Assembly: GCA_965248835.1 (NCBI GenBank)
Contig: CBDFLJ010000002.1
Span: 1,248,001-1,312,000, forward strand
DNA length: 64,000 nt
Direction of reading: 5' to 3'
Source: Alphaproteobacteria bacterium
Lineage (GTDB): Bacteria; Pseudomonadota; Alphaproteobacteria; MPNO01
The translations under genes were made by a program, and so were the position numbers. Below the pieces are notes generated by a model, which worked only from the letters and a program-made list of their open reading frames with translations, ran no database searches and had not been told where the DNA came from. Every line of letters begins with the position of its first letter. Positions within the stretch are counted from its first letter, which is position 1. Of this stretch, positions 10,837 through 19,989 are shown in pieces.

Positions 10837-12234
10837 TCAGGCCCGGGAGAGCTCCGTCTTGTCGCTGCCGCCCACGCCGAGCGACTTGAGCTTGCGATGC
10901 AAGGCCGAACGCTCCATGCCGACGAAGGTGGCGGTGCGCGAGATATTGCCGCCGAACCGGTCGACCTGGGCAATCAGATACTCGCGCTCGAACCTCTCAC
11001 GCGCCGCGCGCAACGGCAAGCCCATAACCTCGCTGTTCTTTTCCCAGCGCATCGGGTCGGGCGTGTTGGCGATAATCTCGGGCGGCAGCATGTCGGCGCG
11101 GACCGGATCGGCCGGATTGCCCGGCGCCATGATCAGCATCCATTCGGCGAGGTTGCGCAGTTGGCGGATGTTGCCCGGCCAGCCATAAGATTGCAGGACC
11201 GCGATCGCGTCCGTTGCGACCTCGCGGCAGGGCATGCCGCCGGTCGCCGCCGCGCGCTCGATGAAATGAAGCAACAGCGCGGGGATATCCTCGCGCCGCG
11301 CGGAGAGCGGGGGAATGGCGATCGGCACGACGTTGAGCCGGTAGTAGAGGTCCTGGCGGAAGCCGCCGGCGGCCATTTCGGCCTGGAGATCCCGGCTCGT
11401 GGTCGCGATCACCCGGGCGTCGACGCTCACCTGGGTCGTGCCGCCGATCGGAAGGAACGATTGCTCCTGCAGGACACGGACGATCTTGCCCTGGGTCTGC
11501 AGCGGCATGTCGGCGACCTCATCGAGCAGCAGCGTGCCGCCATGGGCCCGCTCGAACGTGCCCAGATCGCGGGCCGGGCGCCCGCTGTTCTCCGAGCCGA
11601 ACAGCTCGGCCTCCATGCGCTCGGGCGCCATGGTCGCGCAGTTGAGCACGACGAACCGGCCCTGGCTGCGGCGCGAGTCGGCGTGGATCATCCGGGCGGC
11701 GAGCTCCTTGCCGGACCCCGGCGGGCCGGTAATCAGAACCCGGCTGTCGCTCGGCGCCACCCGGTCGATCGCGTTGCGGACCTGGGACATCGCCGGCGAG
11801 CCGCCGATCATCGCCCAGTCCACACCCGCACGAAGGCGGAGTTCGGCGTTTTCGCGGGCCAGGCGGGCCGCATCGACCGCGTGCTTGGCCATCAGCACCA
11901 GCCGGTCCGCCTTGAACGGCTTTTCGACAAAATCGTAGGCGCCGAGCTTGATCGCCTTGACTGCGGTTTCGATGTTTCCGTGGCCGCTGATAATCACCAC
12001 CGGGACGTCCGCGCACTTCTCCTGGAGGATCTTCAGGAGCGACAGCCCGTCGCTGTCGTCGCCGCGCAGCCAGATGTCCAGGATGATCAGGTGCGGACGG
12101 CGCTCCTCGACCAGCCGCAGCGCGCTTGCGGTATTGGCGGCGGTGCGGCAGCCGTAGCCCTCGTCGATGAGGATATCGGAGATGATCGTCCGGATATCGT
12201 GCTCGTCATCGACTATCAGAATATCGGTCTGCAC
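10837..12234 (-). CDS. ntrX: Sigma-54-type response regulator NtrX
   Basis: Receiver (LDIWL), AAA+ (GPPGSGKE, LLLDEVADM, no GAFTGA), HTH (GNISRTATFVGMERSALHRKLK). Confidence 0.95.
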   Translation of the reverse strand: MQTDILIVDDEHDIRTIISDILIDEGYGCRTAANTASALRLVEERRPHLIILDIWLRGDDSDGLSLLKILQEKCADVPVVIISGHGNIETAVKAIKLGAYDFVEKPFKADRLVLMAKHAVDAARLARENAELRLRAGVDWAMIGGSPAMSQVRNAIDRVAPSDSRVLITGPPGSGKELAARMIHADSRRSQGRFVVLNCATMAPERMEAELFGSENSGRPARDLGTFERAHGGTLLLDEVADMPLQTQGKIVRVLQEQSFLPIGGTTQVSVDARVIATTSRDLQAEMAAGGFRQDLYYRLNVVPIAIPPLSARREDIPALLLHFIERAAATGGMPCREVATDAIAVLQSYGWPGNIRQLRNLAEWMLIMAPGNPADPVRADMLPPEIIANTPDPMRWEKNSEVMGLPLRAARERFEREYLIAQVDRFGGNISRTATFVGMERSALHRKLKSLGVGGSDKTELSRA

Positions 12235-14494
12235 CGCCCGCCATCTCCGAAACGACCTTGCCGGCCCCGTCGCCGGCCGACTCCGTAGTCCTGTCTTTGG
12301 GAAAGATCAACCGCACGCATGCGCCGCCGCGCGATCCGTCACCGAGCCAGACGCTGCCGCCGTGCTCCTCCATGATTTTCTTGACGATCGCAAGGCCGAG
12401 CCCCGTACCTTTCTTGCGCGTGGTTACGTAGGGCTCGGTCAGGCGTTCGCGCTCGCTCGCCGGCAGCCCGCGGCCGTTGTCCTCGACCGAGATTGTCGTT
12501 GCGGCGGCATCCTGGACAACGCTCAGAAGAACCCTTCCCGGCTCGCGCGCCGCCTCGCCTTGCGGCTCGCGCGCATCGATCGCCTCGACCGCGTTCTTGA
12601 GCAGATTCGTCAACGCCCGGCCGACCAGCCCCGCATCGCACGGCACGACGACCGGATGCTCAGGAAACCGGCAAACGAAGGCGACCGAAGGGTGCGCCGC
12701 CTGTTGCAGGGTCAGCGCGACCCGGCAGGCATCGAGCAGGTCGTGGTCGGCGACGACCGCATCGGGCATGCGCGCAAAATCGGAGAACTCGTCGACCATC
12801 CTGCCGATATCGCCGACATGACGGATGATGGTCTCGGTATAGTCGTCGAACATCTCGGGATCCGAGGTGATCTCGTCCTGGAACTTGCGGCGCAACCGCT
12901 CGGCCGAGAGCTGGATCGGGGTCAGCGGGTTCTTGATCTCATGGGCGATGCGCCGAGCGACATCGGACCAGGCGGCCTTGCGCTGGGCGGACTGGAGTTC
13001 GGTGATGTCATCGAACGTCACCACGAATCCGCGTACCGCCTCGCCTTCGAAATCGGCGACGATGCGCACCAACAAAGTCCTGCTGGCGCTGCCGCGCTCC
13101 AGCATCACCTCCATCTCGCCCTGCTGGCCGGGCCGGCGGCGCACCTTGTCGAGGAGCGCGCCCATCTCGGGAACCGCATGGATGAGCTGGCGCCCGATCC
13201 GCGAGTCGAGGTCGAGCGACAGCAGGTCCGATGCCGAGCGGTTGGCGAGGTTGATCCGGCCCGCCGCATCGACCCCGATCACGCCCGCGGATACGCCGGA
13301 CAGGACGGTCTCGATAAAATGGCGCCGGTCGTCGAGCTGCCGGTTGGCATCCAGCAGGTCGTCGCGCTGGGCCTCGATCTGATCGGTCATCCGGTTGAAC
13401 GCCCTGGTCAGCGAGGCGATCTCGTCATCGCCCTCGGTCTCTTCGACCCGGGTCGCCAGATCGCCGCCGCGCACGCGCTCCGCCGCCGAGGCGAGCGCCG
13501 AGATCGGGCCGGCGAGCCGGGTCGCGAATGTCAGCCCGACCCAGATCGCGGCCATCAGCAGCAACAGCGCGACCAGCACGAACATCATCGCGAACGTTAT
13601 CTCGAACGTTCGCCGCTCGCCCTCGAGCGATTTGTATTGCGAGACCGCCTTCTTGGTCCGCGCGATATGGTCGAGCACGCGGGGCTCGACGAACCGGCCG
13701 ATATAGAGAAACGCATCCATTGCGCCATCGAGCTTGATGATCGCGCGCATGCGGTCTTCCGAGCCGGTGGCGAGGACGACCGGCTCGCCGCTGCGCGCCT
13801 GCTCGAGCGCGCGGAGCGGGATCGGGTCGTGGTCGAGTACGAAGCTCAGGTTCCACCGGGCAAGCACGCGCCCGCCGCCATCGAAGACATAGGCCTCGCT
13901 CAGGTTCCGCACCATGCCCTGGGCCGCGACGAACCGGGAGAACCGGTCGGGCTCGGTCCACAGATGCGGCGAGGCGCGGTTGACATCGCGCGCCATGGCC
14001 AGCAGGTCGCCGCGGATCACCTGTTGATGCTCGCGCAGGTAGGCCTCGGCAACCAGGGTGGATTCTTCCAGCGCGGTGCGGACCCGGTCGGAGAACCAGG
14101 CTTGGACGCCGAAACTGAAGAACACCGCGGAGAACACCGAGACGATGATCGCCGGCACCAGTGCGATCAGGCTGAACCAGACCACCAGCCTGGTATGCAG
14201 CCGCGCGCCGACGCTGCCCCGGCGCCGCGCGATCCAGATCGCCACCAGGCGGCGGGCGACGATCGCGCCCAACACCAGGAACAGAACCAGGTCCAGGTTG
14301 AGCAGCACCAGAACGGTGCGCGGATCGGTCCCGAAGGGCAGCGAGCCGGACAGCGCGGCATAGGTCACGAGTGCCGCGCCCAGCGACAGCGCCGCAAGCG
14401 CCAACGGCAACTTGCGGCCCAGTCCCGCGCGGGCCGTCCAATCGGCCAGGCGGACCGCCAGGGCCGGTTCCAACACCGCCGCCTTTTCCGTCAT
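12206..14494 (-). CDS. ntrY: Sensor histidine kinase NtrY
   Basis: TM helices, HAMP, PAS, AWSDVARRIAHEIKNPLTPIQLSAERL, GTGLGL. Confidence 0.95.
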   Translation of the reverse strand: MTEKAAVLEPALAVRLADWTARAGLGRKLPLALAALSLGAALVTYAALSGSLPFGTDPRTVLVLLNLDLVLFLVLGAIVARRLVAIWIARRRGSVGARLHTRLVVWFSLIALVPAIIVSVFSAVFFSFGVQAWFSDRVRTALEESTLVAEAYLREHQQVIRGDLLAMARDVNRASPHLWTEPDRFSRFVAAQGMVRNLSEAYVFDGGGRVLARWNLSFVLDHDPIPLRALEQARSGEPVVLATGSEDRMRAIIKLDGAMDAFLYIGRFVEPRVLDHIARTKKAVSQYKSLEGERRTFEITFAMMFVLVALLLLMAAIWVGLTFATRLAGPISALASAAERVRGGDLATRVEETEGDDEIASLTRAFNRMTDQIEAQRDDLLDANRQLDDRRHFIETVLSGVSAGVIGVDAAGRINLANRSASDLLSLDLDSRIGRQLIHAVPEMGALLDKVRRRPGQQGEMEVMLERGSASRTLLVRIVADFEGEAVRGFVVTFDDITELQSAQRKAAWSDVARRIAHEIKNPLTPIQLSAERLRRKFQDEITSDPEMFDDYTETIIRHVGDIGRMVDEFSDFARMPDAVVADHDLLDACRVALTLQQAAHPSVAFVCRFPEHPVVVPCDAGLVGRALTNLLKNAVEAIDAREPQGEAAREPGRVLLSVVQDAAATTISVEDNGRGLPASERERLTEPYVTTRKKGTGLGLAIVKKIMEEHGGSVWLGDGSRGGACVRLIFPKDRTTESAGDGAGKVVSEMAGGADRYSDSR

Positions 14495-14557
14495 TACGTC
14501 TAGGCCCGCTTGCCGAGCCGCCGCCCTCGACGGAGGTCGAGGCCGCGGAAATCGGCG

Positions 14558-14593
14558 TCATCTTATGCCCCGCACCGCTTTGATGTCGAGATC
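14558..14593 (-). pseudogene. Possible NtrC C-terminal relic (DLDIKAVRGIR*)
   Basis: Resembles the recalled alphaproteobacterial NtrC tail (..DLDIQVVRGLK*) and lies just upstream of ntrY, where ntrC normally ends; only 11 codons. Confidence 0.4.
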
Positions 14594-14689
14594 GTCTGCG
14601 AATTCAGGACATATGGGACGCTTCGGGTCTGCCGATTTCAAGGGCCATGTCGCGTAGCTGTTCAGATCAGGCCGCCGCCGCGCCGGCGC

Positions 14690-15490
14690 TCACCCGGCCA
14701 GGATGTCGGTGACGAACTTCACGCCCGGATAGGCGAGCGACAACAGCAGATAGGCCAAAAGCACGATGCGCGCGGCGCGCCGGCCGCGCAGCCCGTTGCG
14801 CGCGTGCGCTGCCAAAAGGACCGCGAGCACGACCAGCGTGACGAGCGAGAGCACCGTCTTGTGGTCCCAGGCAAGCAGGCTCCCGTCGATGACATAGTGG
14901 CTGGCCATCCCGGTCGCCAATCCGCAGGCCAGGAGGATGGCGCTGAGCCCCAGCATACGGACCTGCAGCCGTTCGCCGTCGGCCATCGCCGGCAACAGAC
15001 GGCTGAGCCGGGTCGGACGCTTCGCCTTGAGCGCGCGTTCCTGGACGAAAACCCCGGCGCCTGCGACCGCGCCGATCGTCAAGAGGCCGTAGGCGAGCAG
15101 TGCAAAGACGATATGCGCGCCGGTCCAAACGCCGATACTGCCTGCGGCAAGCGGGCGCTCGGGCGCGTCCTGCGAGATGGTCGCGAAGATCCCGATCAGC
15201 ACCAGATAGGGCAGCAGCAACGCCGCCAGCCGCCAGGCCTCGGCGGACAGCGCGGCGACTAAGGCGAACAGCGCCAGGCTGACCGCGACCGTCGCCCAAA
15301 GCGCCGAGCCGAACCCGGTCCGCCAGCCCGGTGCGAACAGAAACACCACCGTCAGGACCGAACCGATCAGCCCGACGCCCAGCAAGGGCCAGAACAGCGG
15401 ATCCCTGCCCCCGGTGCCGCGATAGGGCAGCACTGCCGCCGGGATGAGGGCGAGGAGCGCGCTGATCGACACCAGGACGGTCACGGGCAT
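14690..15490 (-). CDS. Cytochrome c assembly family membrane protein (CcsA/YpjD-like)
   Basis: About 8 TM segments, HIVFALLAYG, QERALK, DHKTVLS, GLRGRRAA, LAYPGVKFV. Confidence 0.8.
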   Translation of the reverse strand: MPVTVLVSISALLALIPAAVLPYRGTGGRDPLFWPLLGVGLIGSVLTVVFLFAPGWRTGFGSALWATVAVSLALFALVAALSAEAWRLAALLLPYLVLIGIFATISQDAPERPLAAGSIGVWTGAHIVFALLAYGLLTIGAVAGAGVFVQERALKAKRPTRLSRLLPAMADGERLQVRMLGLSAILLACGLATGMASHYVIDGSLLAWDHKTVLSLVTLVVLAVLLAAHARNGLRGRRAARIVLLAYLLLSLAYPGVKFVTDILAG

Positions 15491-15597
15491 GGACAGACTA
15501 TATCCCAGCCGCGTGCAATGGACAGCGGCCTTGACGAGCCTTGGCAATCCACGCAGCGGCGATTAGGGTCCGCCTCGAACGCCACCCGGAGCGCCAG

Positions 15598-16752
15598 ATG
15601 GACGATTGCCTGGCCCTGATCCTCGCCGGCGGGCGGGGCACGCGCCTGGGCGCGGGCACGCCGAAGCAGTATCTACCATTGGCCGGCAAGGCGGTTCTGC
15701 GCCATGCCGCGGAGGCGTTCCTCGACCATCCGGCGGTCGAGCGGGTGCGTGTGGTCATCGCGCCCGCAGACCGCGCTCGGCACGATGCGGCGCTGGCGGG
15801 CTTGCCGGTGCTCGATCCCGTCATCGGCGGCCGGAGCCGTCAGGACTCCGCCCGGCATGGGCTGGAGAGCCTGGTCGAGGCTGCGCCCCGCCTGGTCCTG
15901 ATCCATGATGCGGCGCGGCCGTTTCCGGATGCCGCAACGATCGGCAGAACCGTCGCCGCCCTTGCCGACCACCCGGCGGCCGTGCCGGCGACACCGCTGG
16001 GCGATACCCTGAAGGAAGAACGCGACGGGCTGATCGGCCGCACCGTCGACCGGAAGCGGCTGTGGCGCGCTCAGACACCGCAGGGCTTTCGGTTTCCGGA
16101 CATTCTCGCGGCGCACCGCGCGGCGGCGGGCCGGGCGCTGACCGACGATGCCGCCGTCGCCGAGCACGCGGGGCTCGATGTCGCCCTGGTCGCCGGCAGC
16201 GAGGCGAACGTCAAGATAACCACGGCCGAGGACCTCGAGCGCGCCCACCGCTGGCTCGCCGGAGCCGAAGGCGAGGCGCGCAGCGGTCTGGGATTCGATG
16301 TCCACGCCTTCGGCCCCGGCACGGCGGTGACCCTGTGCGGCATCGAAATCGCCCACGACCGCGGGCTGGTCGGCCATTCCGATGCCGATGTCGCGATGCA
16401 CGCCTTGACCGACGCGATCCTGGGTGCGATCGGCCAGGGCGATATCGGGGTGCATTTTCCGCCCACCGATCCGGCATGGCGCGATGCCCGGTCGGAAATT
16501 TTCTTGCGGCGCGCGGCCGCGCTCGTGGCCGAAGCCGGCGGGCGGATCGTCAACGTCGATCTGACGGTGATCTGCCAGGCGCCGCGGATCGGCCCGCACC
16601 GGGCGGCGATGATTGCCCGGTTGGCCGAGATCCTGGAGATCGACGCCGGCCGGGTGAACGTCAAGGCGACGACCACCGAACGGCTCGGTTTCACCGGCCG
16701 CGGCGAGGGAATCGCCGCCCAGGCGATGGCGACCGTGCGGCTAGGCGGCTGA
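15598..16752 (+). CDS. ispDF: Bifunctional IspD/IspF
   Basis: AGGRGTRLG, PKQY, IHDAARP, AQTPQGF; GLGFDVH, GHSDADVAMHA, KATTTERLGFTGRGEG. Confidence 0.96.
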   Translation: MDDCLALILAGGRGTRLGAGTPKQYLPLAGKAVLRHAAEAFLDHPAVERVRVVIAPADRARHDAALAGLPVLDPVIGGRSRQDSARHGLESLVEAAPRLVLIHDAARPFPDAATIGRTVAALADHPAAVPATPLGDTLKEERDGLIGRTVDRKRLWRAQTPQGFRFPDILAAHRAAAGRALTDDAAVAEHAGLDVALVAGSEANVKITTAEDLERAHRWLAGAEGEARSGLGFDVHAFGPGTAVTLCGIEIAHDRGLVGHSDADVAMHALTDAILGAIGQGDIGVHFPPTDPAWRDARSEIFLRRAAALVAEAGGRIVNVDLTVICQAPRIGPHRAAMIARLAEILEIDAGRVNVKATTTERLGFTGRGEGIAAQAMATVRLGG

Positions 16753-16759
16753 GGCGGCG

Positions 16760-17266
16760 ATGGCCGGCACGGCGCTGAGGGAATCCCCCTATTGGCCGCC
16801 GTGGCGCGATCGCGCGACGTTCATCGCGACGTTCGGCGGCGCCGGGCTGCTGCCCAAGGCGCCGGGCAGCTGGGGCTCGCTGGCGGCGTTGCCGTTCGGC
16901 TGGCTGATCCTCGAGACGCTCGGCTGGCAGGGGGTGCTGGTGGCAAGCCTCGTCGTCGCGCTCCTTGGCTGGTGGGCCAGCCAAGTGGTCCTCACCCGGA
17001 CGGGGCTGAAGGACCCCGGCGCGATCGTCATCGACGAGGTCGCCGGGCAATTGCTGTGCCTTGCCGTGGTGCAGGCCGATCTGTGGCACTTCGCGGTTGC
17101 CTTTGCGACGTTTCGGGTCATGGACATTCTGAAGCCCTTCCCGGCCAATTTGGCCGACCGCAAACTCTGCGGCGGATTCGGCGTGATGGCCGATGACATC
17201 GTGGCGGGGCTATACGCTATGGCCGCGACCGGGGTGGTGATCGAGGTCGTCGAGGGTCGGTGGTGA
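16760..17266 (+). CDS. pgpA: Phosphatidylglycerophosphatase A
   Basis: APGSWGSL, DPGAIVIDEVAG, FRVMDILKPFP, GVMADD. Confidence 0.93.
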   Translation: MAGTALRESPYWPPWRDRATFIATFGGAGLLPKAPGSWGSLAALPFGWLILETLGWQGVLVASLVVALLGWWASQVVLTRTGLKDPGAIVIDEVAGQLLCLAVVQADLWHFAVAFATFRVMDILKPFPANLADRKLCGGFGVMADDIVAGLYAMAATGVVIEVVEGRW

Positions 17267-17769
17267 TGGACCGGGAAATTCTCGCGCGCGCCGAGGCCGT
17301 GCTCGAAACCTGCCGGGCGGCGGGATTGATGGTAGCCTGCATCGAATCCTGCACCGGAGGTCTTCTGGCCGCCGCCCTGACGGCGATCGCCGGCTCCTCG
17401 GACGTCGTCGAGCGCGGCTTCGTCACCTACAGCAACCAGGCCAAAAACCAGCAGGTCGGCGTGTCGATGGCCCTGATAGAGACTCACGGCGCGGTCTCCG
17501 AGCCGGTGGCACGCGCGATGGCCGAGGGCGGGCTCGCAAACAGCAACGGCGACATCGCAGCCGCGGTCACCGGGGTCGCCGGCCCCGGCGGCGGCACCGC
17601 CGCCAAGCCGGTCGGGTTGGTCCACATAGCCGCGGCGCGGCGCGGCGCCCCGACGGTTCACCAACGGCACCTCCTGCCCGGCGACCGCACGGCGATCCGC
17701 GAGGCCTCGGTTCTGGCCGCGCTCGGGCTGATCCTGGAACTCGCCCGATGGCGCGGCGAAAACGGCTGA
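17266..17769 (+). CDS. CinA family protein (NMN deamidase PncC-like)
   Basis: ESCTGGL, GSSDVVERGFVTYSN, GAVSE, TGVAGPGGG, KPVGLV. Confidence 0.92.
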   Translation: MDREILARAEAVLETCRAAGLMVACIESCTGGLLAAALTAIAGSSDVVERGFVTYSNQAKNQQVGVSMALIETHGAVSEPVARAMAEGGLANSNGDIAAAVTGVAGPGGGTAAKPVGLVHIAAARRGAPTVHQRHLLPGDRTAIREASVLAALGLILELARWRGENG

Positions 17770-18551
17770 TCGGCGTCGATTTCTCCGGTGCCCGCGATGC
17801 CGGCCGAAGGATCTGGGTGGCGGCGGGCGCGCACCGCCTCGGACGGTTTGTCCTCGAAGACTGCAGGCCGGCCGCCGAGCTTCCCGGCGGTGCGGTGGAC
17901 AGGGCTGGCGCGCTCGCCGCCCTGGTCGACTTCCTGCTAGGCGAGCGGCATGCCATCGCCGGGCTCGATTTCCCGTTCAGCCTGCCCGAGACGTTCATCG
18001 ATGCGCCGACCTGGGGTGCGTTCCTGCGCGGCTTCGCCGACCGCTACCCGAGCCCGGAGGCCTTCCGCGAGGATTGCTGGCGCCGCGCCGACCGCCGCGA
18101 GCTCAAGCGGCGCACCGATGTCGAGGCGCGGGTTCCGTTCTGCGTCTACAACCTGCGGCTTTACCGGCAGACCCATGCCGGCATGGTCGACGTCCTGCTG
18201 CCGTTGCTCGATTCCGGCGGCGCGCGGATCGTGCCGATGCAGCGGGCGGCTGCCGGCAAGACCACGATCACCGAGATCTGCCCGGCCTCGATCCTCAAGG
18301 CCGAGGGGCTTTATGCACCCTACAAGGGCGGTGGTCCGGACCTGCGCGCGTCCCGGCAAAGACTGCTGGCGTATCTGGTCGAACGCGGTCTGCTGGACCC
18401 GCCCCCGTCCTCCCTTGGCGCGCGGATCATCGAAGACAGGGGCGGGGATGCGCTGGATTCGGTGCTGGCGGCGATCGGCGCGGGTCGTGTGCCGGAGCGG
18501 CTGCCGCGCCCGGACAAGCTCGATCTGATCGAGGGGCGGGTCTATTTCTGA
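17748..18551 (+). CDS. DUF429-like protein (predicted RNase H-fold nuclease)
   Basis: IGVDFSGA, GLDFPFSLP, R.TD, EICPA, DALDS acidic motifs. Confidence 0.7.
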   Translation: MARRKRLIGVDFSGARDAGRRIWVAAGAHRLGRFVLEDCRPAAELPGGAVDRAGALAALVDFLLGERHAIAGLDFPFSLPETFIDAPTWGAFLRGFADRYPSPEAFREDCWRRADRRELKRRTDVEARVPFCVYNLRLYRQTHAGMVDVLLPLLDSGGARIVPMQRAAAGKTTITEICPASILKAEGLYAPYKGGGPDLRASRQRLLAYLVERGLLDPPPSSLGARIIEDRGGDALDSVLAAIGAGRVPERLPRPDKLDLIEGRVYF

Positions 18552-19024
18552 AGCACGCTCAGCGATGCGCCGGCGGGCGGCGCATCGCGGCCCGGCGCGC
18601 CATAGAGCGCGTTCGCGCGGGTCTCGAAGGCGGCCACCATCCGGCGCACCGCCTCGTTGAACACCGGGCCCATGATCGCGCGCAGGATGCGCGAGCGAAA
18701 CTCGAAATCGACGTAGAAGTCGATCAGGCAGCCGTCATCCTGCGGCTTGAAGATCCAGTGGTTGTTGAGGTAGCGGAACGGCCCGTCGAGATACGCGACA
18801 TCGATCCGATGAGGCCTGCTGAGGCTTACCCGCGAGGTGAAGCGCTCGCGCACCATCTTGAACCCGACCAGCATGTCGGCGAGGATTATCTCACCGTCCC
18901 GCCGGATCACGCGGACGCCGGTGCACCAGGGCAGGAACTCGGGATAGCGCTCGACCTCGGCGACCAGGGTGAAGAGCTGTTCGGGCTGGTATCGAAGAAA
19001 GCGTTCCTCGGCATGTGTGGGCAT
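18542..19024 (-). CDS. Coq10/RatA (PasT) START-domain ubiquinone-binding protein
   Basis: VAEVERYPEFLPWC, GPFRYLNNHWIF, MVAAFETRA; downstream of lipA. Confidence 0.9.
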   Translation of the reverse strand: MPTHAEERFLRYQPEQLFTLVAEVERYPEFLPWCTGVRVIRRDGEIILADMLVGFKMVRERFTSRVSLSRPHRIDVAYLDGPFRYLNNHWIFKPQDDGCLIDFYVDFEFRSRILRAIMGPVFNEAVRRMVAAFETRANALYGAPGRDAPPAGASLSVLQK

Positions 19025-19986
19025 CAGCTCTCCGCCGTTTCCGCCCGATGCCTGTTCTCACGCGCTTGGCGAAGCTGGGCGAAATCACGATCGGCATGAT
19101 AGGACGAACGGGTCAGCGGTGTCGCCGATACCATCAGGAACCCCTTGCCGGTTGCCATCTTCGCCAGGCCGGCGAACTCATCGGGCGTCCAGAACCGGTC
19201 GATCCGATGGTGCTTGGGCGTCGGCTGAAGATACTGCCCGACCGTCAGGAAATCGACATCAGCCGCGCGCAGGTCGTCCATGACCTGATGGACCTCCTCC
19301 TTGGTCTCGCCCAGCCCGACCATCAGCCCGGACTTGGTAAAGATGCCGGGATCAAGCGCCTTGACCGTATCGAGCAGCCGCAGCGAGTGGAAGTAGCGCG
19401 CTCCCGGTCGCACGCCGGCATAAAGCCGGGGGACGGTCTCGAGATTGTGGTTGAAGACGTCGGGGCGGGCTTCGACGACCATCTCGATGGCGCCGTCCTT
19501 GCGCAGGAAGTCCGGTGTCAGCACCTCGATGGTCGTCTCCGGCGTTGCCGCGCGGATCTTGCGGATAACTTCGGCGAAATGCCCGGCGCCGCCATCGTCG
19601 AGGTCGTCACGGTCGACCGAGGTGATCACAACGTGCTTCAGCCCGAGCCTCTCCGTCGCCTCGGCGACGCGGCCGGGCTCGTGCGGGTCCACGCGGTCGG
19701 GCAGCCCCGTGGCGATATTGCAGAACGCGCACGCCCGTGTGCAGACGCTGCCCAGGATCATCATCGTCGCGTGGCGCTGGGCCCAGCACTCGCCGATATT
19801 GGGGCATGCCGCCTCTTCGCAGACGGTCGTCAGGCCAAGCTCGCGCATCAGGCCGCGGGTCTGGTTGTAAACCGGCGACGTGGGCGCCTTCACCCTTATC
19901 CAGGGCGGCTTGCGCCTGATCGGGTTGTCCGGCCGTGCGGCCTTCTCGGGGTGCCGGACCCGCTGCGGCGACACTGGCTCTGCCAT
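19024..19986 (-). CDS. lipA: Lipoyl synthase
   Basis: [26 protein letters not shown]. Confidence 0.98.
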   Translation of the reverse strand: MAEPVSPQRVRHPEKAARPDNPIRRKPPWIRVKAPTSPVYNQTRGLMRELGLTTVCEEAACPNIGECWAQRHATMMILGSVCTRACAFCNIATGLPDRVDPHEPGRVAEATERLGLKHVVITSVDRDDLDDGGAGHFAEVIRKIRAATPETTIEVLTPDFLRKDGAIEMVVEARPDVFNHNLETVPRLYAGVRPGARYFHSLRLLDTVKALDPGIFTKSGLMVGLGETKEEVHQVMDDLRAADVDFLTVGQYLQPTPKHHRIDRFWTPDEFAGLAKMATGKGFLMVSATPLTRSSYHADRDFAQLRQARENRHRAETAES

Positions 19987-19989
19987 GCG

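Noticed and set aside
12167-14503. Long antisense ORFs (778 aa here; also 27800-30097, 19015-20877, 47472-49241)
   Set aside because: Shadow frames of real genes, expected in high-GC DNA; no recognisable motifs.
14610-14645. Sigma-32-like CTTGAA...CCCATAT upstream of ntrY (minus strand)
   Set aside because: The 19-nt spacer is longer than expected; cannot be supported.
18542-19024. RatA 'toxin' as a toxin-antitoxin module with the neighbouring nuclease-like gene
   Set aside because: This family is a Coq10-type ubiquinone-binding protein conserved after lipA, and the two genes are convergent rather than co-operonic.
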